NCBI GenBank assembly: GCA_963774895.1
Contig: CAVZGN010000001.1
Coordinates: forward strand, 292,495-356,494
Direction of reading: 5' to 3'
Origin: an uncultured Pseudomonadota bacterium
GTDB lineage: Bacteria > Pseudomonadota > Gammaproteobacteria > Natronospirales > REEB76
Length of the DNA: 64,000 nucleotides
The first letter of the stretch is position 1; the number at the start of each line of letters is the position of its first letter. This document shows, piece after piece, positions 47,738 to 57,292 of the stretch. The notes beneath the pieces are model-generated. The model had not been told where the DNA came from. It did not search any database and worked only from the letters and a program-made list of their open reading frames with translations. The position numbers were made by a program, and so were the translations under genes.

Positions 47738-48841
47738 GTGAAGCTAGCAAGTCTTAAAGTAGGTGATCGCGACGGCACGCTGATTGTAGTGGACAAGAAG
47801 CTGCAACATGCGGTCGAAGTTCCTGGAATTGCCGCCACTTTGTTGCGGGCACTGGAAAACTGGAGTGCAGTCGAGCGCAAGCTGGCACTCATTTACAACT
47901 CGATTAATGTTAAAGACTGGGCCGATAAACGCACCAGCGAGATGTCAGCTGACATGAAAGTACAACAGCGAATCGTGGATGCGGCAGCCTATCAACAGCA
48001 TATGAAAGAATTATCCGAAACGCTGAAAAATGGCAGGGTCACCAAAACCTTCGAGTTAAACGTGAGCGAACTGGCGGCCGCATTGCCACGTGCGCCGCAG
48101 TTCGTGGACGGCAGCGCCTATCTTATCCACGTGGAGCGGGTGCGCAAGGCGCGTGGTGCGGAAATGCCTCCGAGTTTCCTCAACGATCCGCTCATGTATC
48201 AGGCTGTGAGTGACCACTTTCTATCACCCACCGAGCCGATTCGCATGGCCGATGAAGCCTGGGGCATCGATTTCGAATCGGAAGTGGGTGTGGTCGTGGA
48301 CGATGTGCCCGTGGGTGTGACGCCTGATGAAGCCGCAAAACACATCAAGCTGGTGCTGCTGATCAACGACGTATCATTACGCAACCTCATCCCCGATGAA
48401 CTGGCCAAGGGTTTCGGCTTCCTGCAGAGCAAGCCGCGCTCAGCCCTGTCGCCCATCGCCGTCACGCCCGACGAATTGGGCAATGCCTGGATGGACGGAA
48501 AGGTCCATCTGCCATTGGTGACCCATTTGAACGGCAAGCTGTTCGGCGAACCCAATGCCGGCGTGGACATGCAGTTCAATTTCCCGCAGCTCATCGCCCA
48601 TGCCGCCAAGACCCGGCCACTAGCCGCGGGCAGCATCGTGGGCTCCGGCACGGTCGCCAACCAGGATGAATCCAAAGGTTCGTCCTGTCTCGCCGAGAAG
48701 CGCGTGCTGGAGATCATCAAGGAGGGCAAGCCCAAGACGCCATTCATGAAGTTCGGCGACCAGGTGCGTATTGAAATGTGCGACCCGCGCGGAGCTACAA
48801 TTTTTGGCGCGATCGAACAAATTGTCGAGAAATCTCCATGA
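47738..48841 (+). CDS. Fumarylacetoacetate hydrolase family protein (likely the fumarylacetoacetase of this pathway)
   Basis: Motifs RDGTL, DGSAY..HV, PLMYQ, IDFESE, NDVSLRNLIP.EL.KGFGF.QSKP and GSGTV. Located between hmgA and maiA. Confidence 0.9.
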   Translation: MKLASLKVGDRDGTLIVVDKKLQHAVEVPGIAATLLRALENWSAVERKLALIYNSINVKDWADKRTSEMSADMKVQQRIVDAAAYQQHMKELSETLKNGRVTKTFELNVSELAAALPRAPQFVDGSAYLIHVERVRKARGAEMPPSFLNDPLMYQAVSDHFLSPTEPIRMADEAWGIDFESEVGVVVDDVPVGVTPDEAAKHIKLVLLINDVSLRNLIPDELAKGFGFLQSKPRSALSPIAVTPDELGNAWMDGKVHLPLVTHLNGKLFGEPNAGVDMQFNFPQLIAHAAKTRPLAAGSIVGSGTVANQDESKGSSCLAEKRVLEIIKEGKPKTPFMKFGDQVRIEMCDPRGATIFGAIEQIVEKSP

Positions 48842-48885
48842 TGCAGATTGTGATAAGCCTGCACGCTCCAATTATCTGGTATCGT

Positions 48886-49015
48886 CCCCCTCACCCCAGC
48901 CCTCTCCCACCTGGGGAGAGGGAGCCAAGATAGCGTGCAATTCAACTTTCGCTATTTGCGTAGTTGGACCAATAGTTTTCCCTCGCCCCTTGCGGGAGAG
49001 GGGCAGGGTGAGGGG
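48886..49015. repeat. Inverted pair of REP-like repeats (REP doublet)
   Basis: CCCCCTCACCCCAGCCCTCTCCCACCTGGGGAGAGGGAG (48886-48924) and CCCTCGCCCCTTGCGGGAGAGGGGCAGGGTGAGGGG (48980-49015) face each other. Confidence 0.78.
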
Positions 49016-49020
49016 TAGAT

Positions 49021-49665
49021 ATGGAGTTTTACACTTATTTTAGATCGTCGGCCGCCTACCGGGTGCGCATCGCACTCAATCTCAAGGGATTGAAAGCGGA
49101 TTACCGCTACGTGCATCTGGTGAAGGACGGCGGCCAGCAGCACAAGCCGGAATATCTAACAGTCAATCCACAGGGATTAGTGCCGGCGCTGGTGGATCAT
49201 GGTCATGTGCTCACCCAGTCTCTGGCCATCATCGAATACTTGGAAGAGACCCATCCGCAGCCGCCGTTATTACCCAAGGATGCTTTGGGACGTGCGCGTG
49301 TGCGCGCGCTGGCACAGGTCGTGGCCTGCGATATCCATCCGGTAAACAATCAACGCATCATCAAGTATCTGGAGCAGGAATTCGGAGCCGACGAAGCCGC
49401 ACGCAAGCGCTGGATCCAGAGATGGGTCAAGGATGGTTTCTCAGCGCTGGAGAAGATGCTGGCCGGCCATCAGTCCACCGGCAGATGCTGTCAGGGCGAT
49501 CAACCGGGCCTGGCTGATGTCTGCCTTGTGCCTCAGGTATTCAATGCCAGGCGTTTCGAAGTGGACATGGCCGCATTCCCGACGATTCAGCGCATTGATG
49601 CCCATTGCCTGAGTCTTAGGCCGTTCGCCGATGCCGCGCCCGGAAAGCAGGCGGACGCCGGCTGA
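49021..49665 (+). CDS. maiA: Maleylacetoacetate isomerase (GST zeta)
   Basis: Motifs YFRSSAAYRVRIALNLKGL, NPQGLVP, QSLAIIEYL, CDIHP and PQVFNARRF. Confidence 0.95.
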   Translation: MEFYTYFRSSAAYRVRIALNLKGLKADYRYVHLVKDGGQQHKPEYLTVNPQGLVPALVDHGHVLTQSLAIIEYLEETHPQPPLLPKDALGRARVRALAQVVACDIHPVNNQRIIKYLEQEFGADEAARKRWIQRWVKDGFSALEKMLAGHQSTGRCCQGDQPGLADVCLVPQVFNARRFEVDMAAFPTIQRIDAHCLSLRPFADAAPGKQADAG

Positions 49666-49695
49666 CTCTAGGGCCCGGGTTGCATCATTACATGC

Positions 49696-50178
49696 TCATG
49701 CCGGAACTGCTTCGTGATCGATGCGTGACACGGGCGAACCATCCGCATTCCAGCGGCGGTCGTCATTGACCAGGGAGTAGATCCACTCGGCCCGTCCGGA
49801 GATATTGCCGCTGATGTCCTGCCAATCGATCTGGCCATCGCTTTGTTTGGCAGCGCCGCTATCGCCATGTTCAAGCCGGGCAGCTTCCAGCTGCCACTTG
49901 AGCGCGAAATAGCGGGCGGCATCGCGGCAAGTCTTGCCCGCGCCAGCTTCCGCATGATCTGTGGGCACGACACCGGTGATGACCCAGAGTTTGGGGGAGA
50001 CGCCGTGTTTGGGCCAGACGCGTCCCAACATGGCGCGGTGGGGCACCATCCACAACCATTCGCCGGTGATATCGGTGTCGAATACCTCGAGTTTCCGCAG
50101 ATACTCGGCAACCTGCTGTTGCTGGGCTTTGTGCCATTCGGCAAAAGCGGCATCATCAAAGGGCATGGGTGAAGACAT
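49696..50178 (-). CDS. DUF4826-like protein
   Basis: Pattern WVITG.VPTDH...RDAARYFALKWQL. Start inferred at 50178. Confidence 0.65.
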   Translation of the reverse strand: MSSPMPFDDAAFAEWHKAQQQQVAEYLRKLEVFDTDITGEWLWMVPHRAMLGRVWPKHGVSPKLWVITGVVPTDHAEAGAGKTCRDAARYFALKWQLEAARLEHGDSGAAKQSDGQIDWQDISGNISGRAEWIYSLVNDDRRWNADGSPVSRIDHEAVPA

Positions 50179-50209
50179 GGAAAACCTCGTAACGTTGATA
50201 ATACAGATT

Positions 50210-51313
50210 TTAAGGTAGATGCGGCTCGGAAAGATATTCCCGGCTCTGCATCTCCCGTAAACGGCTGGTGGTACGCTGGAACTCGAAGCCGAGCCGCTTG
50301 CCATGGTAAAGGCCGGCGATATCGGTGACCGCTGAGATCGCCAGCTTCACCTTGCGGTCATAGAATTCATCCACCAGTGCTACGAAGCGTCGGGCTTCGT
50401 CTTCCAGATCGGTGCTCAACCGCGGGATATCCGAGATCAGCACCGTGTGAAAGCTGCGGGCGATCTCGATGTAATCCAGCTGGCTGCGCGGGCCGCCGCA
50501 GATGTCCATGAAATGGAACCAGACCACGCCGTCGGCATGCTGTCTGATGAGGATCGGGCGATCGTTGATGAGCAGCGGCTCATCGCTGCCATGGGAACCA
50601 GCGGAGATTTGTCCGAAGAAGGCTTGCAGATGCGCATCCGCTTCGGCGCCTGAGGGTGTGTAGAACAAGCGGGCATTTTCCAGGTGCCGCAGGCGGTAGT
50701 CGATGCCGCCGTCCACATTCAATACATGCGTGTGTTGCTTGAGGGATCTGATCGCCGGCAGGAAACACTCTCGCTGCAAACCATCTTTATAGAGCTTGTC
50801 TGGCGGGATATTGGAGGTGGCCACCAGGGTCACGCCATCCGCAAACAGGTATTCGAATAACCGGCCAAGCAGCATGGCATCCGCGATGTCGGATACGAAG
50901 AACTCATCGAAGCACAGCACCCGTGCCTGTTCACTGAAATGGCGCGCCACGATCCTGAGCGGATCCTGCTGTTCGGGCAGGGATTTGAGCTGTGTGTGCA
51001 CCATCTGCATGAAACGATGGAAGTGCAGCCGGCGTTTTTCCGGAAATGGCAGGCATTCGTAGAAACAGTCCATCAGCCAGGTCTTGCCGCGGCCAACCGA
51101 GCCCCACAGATACAGTCCCTTCAGCGGCGTCTGTGTCTGGCCCAGCCAGCGACGCCAGCGGGGCAGAGGCGGGCGTTTCACTAGGAAATGGTAGAGCACA
51201 TCTAATGCCGCCACGGCCTTAACCTGGGCAGCGTCTTTCACGAATCCCGGTTTTGCCAGATCCGCTTGGTAACGTTGCCGCGGTGTCAGCGGCAGGGTGG
51301 CACTGTCCATCAT
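50210..51313 (-). CDS. zapE: Cell division ATPase ZapE (AFG1 family)
   Basis: Motifs GLYLWGSVGRGKT, HFHRFM, CFDEFFVSDIADAM, TSN, LYKDGLQR and RTTSRL.EMQ. Confidence 0.93.
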   Translation of the reverse strand: MMDSATLPLTPRQRYQADLAKPGFVKDAAQVKAVAALDVLYHFLVKRPPLPRWRRWLGQTQTPLKGLYLWGSVGRGKTWLMDCFYECLPFPEKRRLHFHRFMQMVHTQLKSLPEQQDPLRIVARHFSEQARVLCFDEFFVSDIADAMLLGRLFEYLFADGVTLVATSNIPPDKLYKDGLQRECFLPAIRSLKQHTHVLNVDGGIDYRLRHLENARLFYTPSGAEADAHLQAFFGQISAGSHGSDEPLLINDRPILIRQHADGVVWFHFMDICGGPRSQLDYIEIARSFHTVLISDIPRLSTDLEDEARRFVALVDEFYDRKVKLAISAVTDIAGLYHGKRLGFEFQRTTSRLREMQSREYLSEPHLP

Positions 51314-51317
51314 CGAT

Positions 51318-53270
51318 TCAATCCTGCTGCAACTCAGGCAGGTTCTGGTAGTGCTGGAGCGCCTGCGGGTTGGCGAGTGCGTCGGTATTCTTGACCGGCC
51401 GGCCGTGGATTACGTTGCGCACCGCCAGCTCGGTGATCTTGCCGCTGATGGTGCGCGGGATATCCGCTACCGCGATGATCTTGGCCGGCACATGGCGCGG
51501 CGAGGTATTGTCGCGGATGGTTTTCTTGATCTTCGAAGTCAGCGCTGTGTCCAGCATCACGTCATCGCGCAGGCGCACGAACAGCACCACGCGCACATCG
51601 CCCTTCCAATCCTGGCCCACGGCCAGGGATTCGACGATCTCCGGCAGTTTCTCCACCTGCCGGTAGATCTCCGCGGTACCGATGCGCACGCCGCCGGGGT
51701 TGAGGGTTGCGTCCGAGCGTCCGTAGATGATGAGACCGTCGTGTTCGGTGAGTTCCGCCCAGTCGCCATGGCGCCAGATGTTCGGGAACACATCGAAGTA
51801 GGCATCGTGGTACTTGCGTCCGTCGGGATCGTTCCAGAAAAAAACCGGCATGGAGGGGAACGGCTTCACGCACACCAACTCGCCCGGCCGGCCGCGCACA
51901 GGCTGGCCGGCATCGTTCCAGATTTCCACCGCCATACCCAGACCCCGGCATTGCAGCTCACCGGGATACACCGGCAACAGCGGATTGCCGAGGGCGAAAC
52001 AGGAGATGATGTCGGTGCCACCGGAGATCGAGGACAGGCACAGGTCGGATTTGATATCGCGATAGACATATTGGGAATTTTCCGGCAACAGCGGCGAGCC
52101 GGTGGAGGTGATGATGCGTAGCTTCTCCAGTTTGTATTTTTGCCTGGGATGCATGTCGAATTTCTCAGCAGCTGCCAAATATTTGGCGCTGGTGCCGAAG
52201 ATGCTCAGGCCCTCCTCGTCGGCGATGCGCCACAAGATGTCCAGCTCGGGATGGAAAGCAGAACCGTCATAAAGCAAAACCGTGGCACCCACCGCCAGGC
52301 TCGATACCAGCCAGTTCCACATCATCCAGCCACAGGTGGTGAAGTAGAAGATCATATCGTCGCGCCTGAGATCGGTATGTAGCACCAGTTCCTTCAGATG
52401 CTGGATGAGTGTGCCGCCGGCGCCGTGCACGATGCACTTGGGCACGCCGGTGGTGCCGGAGCTATACATGATGTACACCGGATGCTCGAACGGCAGTTGT
52501 GCGAATTCGATCTCCGTGGCATCGGTCAAGTAATCATGCCAATGGATAGCATTAGGTAATCCGGTGATATCCGGGTCGGCGTTTACATAGGGAATCACCA
52601 CCAGCTTCTGCACCGAGATCAGCTGCTCCAGCACCCCACGTATTCGTTCCAGTGAGTCCACGGTCTTGCCGGCATAGAAATAGCCGTCGCAGGTGAATAG
52701 TATCTTGGGTTCGATCTGGCCGAAGCGGTCGAGCACACCGTTGATGCCGAAATCCGGCGAGCACGAAGACCAGATGGCGCCGAGGCTGGTGGCTGCCAGC
52801 ATGGCGATGATGCTCTCCGGGCGGTTGGGCATGAACCCCGCCACCCGGTCGCCGCTTTTCACGCCGGACTTCCTGAGCGCACCGGCCAACGCCGCCACCT
52901 GTGCGTAGAGTTCCCGATAGCTCAGGTTGAGGCGCTTGCCATCCTGTTCGCAGCGGAACACCAGGGCAGTGCGTTCATCCCGGTAGCGCAGCAGGTTTTC
53001 GGCGAAGTTCAGGCACGCGCCGCTGAACCATCGGGCGCCGAGCATTTTATCGCCGTCCACCAGTACCTGGTCCCAGGGTTTTGAGGCTTTGATGCCGCAG
53101 AAGTCCCAGATATGCGGCCAGAAGCGCTCTGGATGCTCGACCGACCAGTGGTACAGCTCAGGGTAACTTTTTACTTCCGGCCCAGCATGTTTCCGCACAT
53201 GCTCCAGGAAGCGCGTCAGATTGGTGCGCTCGATGACCTGTGGGCTGGGTTTCCAGAGCGGTTGGGTCAT
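51318..53270 (-). CDS. Acetoacetate--CoA ligase
   Basis: Motifs LNFAENLL, SSCSPDFG, YSSGTTGVPKCIVH, TTCGWMMWNW, SISGGTDI and GRSDATLNPGGVRIGT. Confidence 0.93.
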   Translation of the reverse strand: MTQPLWKPSPQVIERTNLTRFLEHVRKHAGPEVKSYPELYHWSVEHPERFWPHIWDFCGIKASKPWDQVLVDGDKMLGARWFSGACLNFAENLLRYRDERTALVFRCEQDGKRLNLSYRELYAQVAALAGALRKSGVKSGDRVAGFMPNRPESIIAMLAATSLGAIWSSCSPDFGINGVLDRFGQIEPKILFTCDGYFYAGKTVDSLERIRGVLEQLISVQKLVVIPYVNADPDITGLPNAIHWHDYLTDATEIEFAQLPFEHPVYIMYSSGTTGVPKCIVHGAGGTLIQHLKELVLHTDLRRDDMIFYFTTCGWMMWNWLVSSLAVGATVLLYDGSAFHPELDILWRIADEEGLSIFGTSAKYLAAAEKFDMHPRQKYKLEKLRIITSTGSPLLPENSQYVYRDIKSDLCLSSISGGTDIISCFALGNPLLPVYPGELQCRGLGMAVEIWNDAGQPVRGRPGELVCVKPFPSMPVFFWNDPDGRKYHDAYFDVFPNIWRHGDWAELTEHDGLIIYGRSDATLNPGGVRIGTAEIYRQVEKLPEIVESLAVGQDWKGDVRVVLFVRLRDDVMLDTALTSKIKKTIRDNTSPRHVPAKIIAVADIPRTISGKITELAVRNVIHGRPVKNTDALANPQALQHYQNLPELQQD

Positions 53271-53514
53271 GGGATATAAGTCCGGGTCGCATAGGCTGAA
53301 AAATAAATTATCTCAGGTTTTGCACTGCTTGCGGCCGCATGGGGTGCGCGGACCCTGGCAGTGAGCACAAGGTTGCAGGATTCTAAGCCCGGCGCATATT
53401 GCAAGATGGGGGCGAGACAGCAGCGGAAAGATGGGTTATCGTGCGCGCGCCATCCCCGCTAACCAATAACCATGGGATGGGGTCCGTCCGGCGGACGGGA
53501 ATGCATTCCGGCAA

Positions 53515-55521
53515 ATGGGAGAATCCCACGTGAAACCAACAACCTCCAAAAGCATCACGTCGCTGACTGAATTTACCATCCGTGGTGTACTCATCGGCAT
53601 CATCCTTACGGTGGTGTTCACGGCAGCCAACGTGTATTTCGGCCTCAAGGCCGGTCTCACGTTCTCCACCTCGATTCCGGCAGTGGTGATCTCCATGGCG
53701 CTGCTGCGCTGGTTCGGCAACGCCACCGCGCAGGAGAACAACATTGTGCAGACGATCGCTTCCGCGGCCGGCACCCTGTCCTCCGTCATCTTTGTGCTGC
53801 CCGGTTTCGTCATCATCGGTTGGTGGACAGGCTTCCCGTTCTGGTTGTCGGCCGCGGTATGCGCCACTGGTGGTGTGCTGGGCGTGATGTATTCGATCCC
53901 GCTGCGCCGCGCGCTGGTGACCGACTCCGATTTGCCTTACCCGGAAGGCACTGCTTGTGCGGAAGTGATCAAAGTGGGCACAAGTCCCGAGGGCGCCGAG
54001 GATGTGGAGGCCGGCACTGCCGGGCTCAAGGCAGTCATCGGCGGAAGCATTGCATCCGCCGTGTTCTATCTCGTGGTGCAGACCAAGATTCTCGCCAGCG
54101 ATGTGGTCAGCTATTTCCGTCTCGGCGGTGAAAAAAGCTCGGCCACCGGTTTCGACTTTGCGCTTTCCTTCGCGCTGTTCGGCATCGGCCATCTGGTTGG
54201 TATCACCGTAGGTCTGTCGATGCTGGTGGGCGCACTCATCGGCTGGGCCTGGGGCGTGCCGCACTTTACTGCATTGCATCCGGTCGTGGGTGCGGCCGCA
54301 GACGTAGCTCAAGCCGGTTGGAGTCATTACGTGCGTTTCGTGGGTGCCGGCGCCATCGGCGTGTCCGCCATTTGGACGCTGTTCAAACTCATCAGGCCAG
54401 TGGTCGGCGGCCTCAAGGGCGCGATCGCGTCGTCACGGGTGCGCAAGGCAGGCAAGGGCGATACCCTGCCACGCACGGAACACGACATCCCTGTGAACCA
54501 GATGGCGCTGGTCTCGCTCATCTGCATCGTGCCTATCTGCTGGCTGCTATGGAGCTTCGCGAGTGGCGCGGGCTTGGGCCAGCACGCTTTGTTGCTGACC
54601 ATCGGCGGCATCATCATCGTGGTGATCATCGGTTTTCTGGTGTCTACGGTGTGCGGCTACATGGCCGGACTCATCGGCGCTTCCAACAGCCCGCTCTCAG
54701 GCATCGGCATCCTAGTGGTCGCCACCACGGCGCTTTTCCTGGTGGTGGCCGTCAAGGCCTCGCTGCCGCCTGAAGCCGGCAAAGCGCTAGTCGCCTACGC
54801 ACTGTTCGTGACATCGATCGTGTTCTGTGTGGCGGCCATCGCCAACAACAACCTGCAAGACCTGAAGACCGGCCAGCTGGTGGACGCCACGCCCTTGAAA
54901 CAGCAGTGGGCGCTGGTGATTGGTGTGCTCGCAGGCGCGGTAGTGATACCACCGGTGCTGGATCTGGTCAACAAAGCCTACGGTTTTCTGGGCGCACCCG
55001 GTGTGAACCCGGCGCATGCACTGCCTGCGCCCCAGGCGGGACTGATCTCGGCCCTTGCCCAGAGCGTGATTCAGAACGACGTGGAAAAGTGGAAGCTGAT
55101 GGGCATTGGCCTGGGTATCGGCATTGCCAGCATCCTGGTGGATTGGGCGTTCACCCGCACCACCAAAACCGTGCGCATGCCGCCGCTCGCCGTCGGCCTC
55201 GGCATTTATCTTCCCACCGCCTCGACGCTGATGATCGTGGTGGGTTCGGTGGTCGGCTGGTGGTATGACCGGCGTGCGCAGCGCGCGCCCAGACCGGATG
55301 CCGCCAAGCAACTGGGCGTACTGCTGGCCTCGGGACTGATTGTCGGTGAAAGCGTGCTGGGGTTGGTGGTGAGTGCACTGGTGGTGTTCTCCGGCAATTC
55401 ATCGCCGCTCGGCGTAGTGGGCGACAGTTTTTTCATACCCTCGCTTTTCATCGGCGGGATCGCGTTCGCGGTGGTGGTGTTCGTGCTGTACCGGTGGATG
55501 GAGAAGCTGGTGCGGAAGTAA
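53515..55521 (+). CDS. OPT family oligopeptide transporter
   Basis: Multi-TM protein with motifs SIPAVVIS, ENNIVQT.ASAAG, LPYPEG.A, NNLQDLKTG, LPAPQA and ASGLIVGES. Confidence 0.93.
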   Translation: MGESHVKPTTSKSITSLTEFTIRGVLIGIILTVVFTAANVYFGLKAGLTFSTSIPAVVISMALLRWFGNATAQENNIVQTIASAAGTLSSVIFVLPGFVIIGWWTGFPFWLSAAVCATGGVLGVMYSIPLRRALVTDSDLPYPEGTACAEVIKVGTSPEGAEDVEAGTAGLKAVIGGSIASAVFYLVVQTKILASDVVSYFRLGGEKSSATGFDFALSFALFGIGHLVGITVGLSMLVGALIGWAWGVPHFTALHPVVGAAADVAQAGWSHYVRFVGAGAIGVSAIWTLFKLIRPVVGGLKGAIASSRVRKAGKGDTLPRTEHDIPVNQMALVSLICIVPICWLLWSFASGAGLGQHALLLTIGGIIIVVIIGFLVSTVCGYMAGLIGASNSPLSGIGILVVATTALFLVVAVKASLPPEAGKALVAYALFVTSIVFCVAAIANNNLQDLKTGQLVDATPLKQQWALVIGVLAGAVVIPPVLDLVNKAYGFLGAPGVNPAHALPAPQAGLISALAQSVIQNDVEKWKLMGIGLGIGIASILVDWAFTRTTKTVRMPPLAVGLGIYLPTASTLMIVVGSVVGWWYDRRAQRAPRPDAAKQLGVLLASGLIVGESVLGLVVSALVVFSGNSSPLGVVGDSFFIPSLFIGGIAFAVVVFVLYRWMEKLVRK

Positions 55522-55544
55522 GTTGTTTTGCCTACCAATTTTAA

Positions 55545-55823
55545 GCGGGCTTCCGCGCCCGCGCGGCAGGTCCCTTTCTTTGTACGCGCAAAGAAAGGGA
55601 CGAAAGAAACGCGCCCCGGGGTTTCCGCGCCTGCTTGAAATCGAAGGCAGGAACCCTTCGATTTCAAGCGCGTTCCCTTGTTTCTCGCCTGACTCAGGGC
55701 GGCGCAGACGGGTCATCCATGACCCGCTGCGCCGGCTCGTCGTCCTGACTTCGCCCCGCCCCAAAGAGGCGGGCCTGTTCTTCGTCAGGCTGCGAGACTC
55801 GGCGGAAAACACGGGGGTCTGAA
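55545..55823 (-). repeat. Long multi-hairpin intergenic repeat, copy A
   Basis: Perfect stems of 13 bp (55570-55601) and 15 bp (55633-55669), plus a CATCC-loop hairpin. Its ends resemble the reverse complement of copy B. Confidence 0.6.
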
Positions 55824-55857
55824 GAACAAGAAACGCTCAACATCATGTGGTTTTTGC

Positions 55858-56080
55858 ACCCGTAGCGCGAGCCGAGCACTGAAGCGAGCAAGGTTAGCCC
55901 AGGGGCGCGGACTGGATGTCCGCGCTCTCGCCGTCAGGCCAAGGATGGCCTGTCGGCGAGACTCCGCAGCGAGCAAAGCGCGCAGGGCAGTCGCCGTCTG
56001 CGGCGGCCCGCGCTTCGGGGAAATGGTTTTGGTGACTTTTGCCGAAACAAAAGTCACCCGTCGTGCGGGGCGGAACCCGC
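55858..56080 (+). repeat. Long multi-hairpin intergenic repeat, copy B (inverted relative to A)
   Basis: GGATG-containing hairpins (GGACTGGATGTCC, AGGCCAAGGATGGCCT), an 11-bp stem GGTGACTTTTG/CAAAAGTCACC and a terminal GCGGGGCGGAACCCGC. Confidence 0.6.
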
Positions 56081-56088
56081 TATCTTAA

Positions 56089-57033
56089 TTAAAGCTTGTC
56101 CAATTCCTTTTCTAACTCCGGCAGCACCTGAAACAGATCCCCCACCAGTCCGATGTCGGCTATCTGGAAAATCGGTGCATCCGGATCCTTGTTGATGGCG
56201 ACGATGGTGCGCGCATCCTTGATGCCGGTGAGGTGCTGGATGGCGCCGGAAATGCCGACTGCCACATACAGGTCCGGCGCGATGATCTTGCCAGTCTGCC
56301 CCACCTGCAGATCATTGGGCACGAAGCCGGCATCCACGGCCGCGCGTGAGGCGCCCACAGCCGCGCCCAGCTTGTCGGCGAACTTGTAGATGATGGCGAA
56401 ATTCTCCTTGCTGCCGACGCCACGCCCGCCGGACACCACACGCGGCGCGGATTGCAAATCGGGCCGGTCGCTTTTCTCGGCCTTGAGTTCCACAAAGCGT
56501 GTATGTGAAGGCAGCGCCGCATCGGTGCTGACAGCGGTAATCTCTGCCGCGCCGCCACTGCCGCATTCCTGCCAGGATGCGATGCGCACCGTGGCTACCA
56601 CACAGGGTTTCTCCGGAGCCTTGATCGTGACGATGGCGTTGCCAGCGTACATGGGACGCTCGAAAGTGGTGGCGTCGATTACTTTCATCACGTCGCTCAC
56701 CTGCTGCGCGCCCAACAATGCGGCGGCACGCGGCAGTACGTCCTTGCCGAAGGTGGTGGAGGGCGCCAGTACGTGAGTGTAATCCTTGGCCAGCTTCGCA
56801 ATCTGTGGTGCGAGTATTGCCGCGAGCGGGTGGGCATTTTCCGTACGCTCGACTTTCAGCACTCGTTTCACACCCTTGAGCTTGGCCGCGGCCTGCGCGA
56901 CGCTGCCGGCATCGGTGGCAAATACTACAATTTCGATGTTGCCGCCGATGGCGTGTGCGCAGCTTACCGCTCTGGCGGTGGCTGGGTTTAGTTTCTTACC
57001 ATCATGCTCGGCGATTACCAGTATCTTGCTCAT
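56089..57033 (-). CDS. etfA: Electron transfer flavoprotein alpha subunit
   Basis: Motifs [39 protein letters not shown] and AINKD. Confidence 0.96.
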   Translation of the reverse strand: MSKILVIAEHDGKKLNPATARAVSCAHAIGGNIEIVVFATDAGSVAQAAAKLKGVKRVLKVERTENAHPLAAILAPQIAKLAKDYTHVLAPSTTFGKDVLPRAAALLGAQQVSDVMKVIDATTFERPMYAGNAIVTIKAPEKPCVVATVRIASWQECGSGGAAEITAVSTDAALPSHTRFVELKAEKSDRPDLQSAPRVVSGGRGVGSKENFAIIYKFADKLGAAVGASRAAVDAGFVPNDLQVGQTGKIIAPDLYVAVGISGAIQHLTGIKDARTIVAINKDPDAPIFQIADIGLVGDLFQVLPELEKELDKL

Positions 57034-57159
57034 TAGGCGTGTCCAGAAAATTTCTAGATCTTGAACGAGGACAAGGCGCAGTGCGTGCGAGGGGCGGAGT
57101 CAACAAACCAGTTAGTGAGTACCCGAGCACGCGCTGCAACGCCGTAATCGGGCAAAAGA

Positions 57160-57277
57160 TTAAGGAACCTCTGATCAATTTCCTTTCCGTCGTTCCCGCG
57201 CAGGCGAGAACCAAGTGAAATCCGCCCTCTGGATACCCGCCTTCGCGGGTATGACGAATAAATCAGAGTTACCTTAA
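57160..57277. mobile_element. MITE-like element with TTAA-ended inverted repeats enclosing a REP doublet
   Basis: TTAAGGAACCTCTGAT / ATCAGAGTTACCTTAA match 14/16 as inverted repeats. Inside are CGTCGTTCCCGCGCAGGCGAGAACCAAG and CTGGATACCCGCCTTCGCGGGTATGACG. Confidence 0.55.
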
Positions 57278-57292
57278 ATTTTATGGGCATGA

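Noticed and set aside
45893-49015. Possible CRISPR array from the recurring CCCTC.CCC/GGGAGAGG repeats
   Set aside because: There are only three dispersed copies in mixed orientation, with no regular spacers and no cas genes. They are REP-like.
55206-56057. Short ORFs across the opt-etfA intergenic region
   Set aside because: They are translations of palindromic repeat DNA with no protein-like features.
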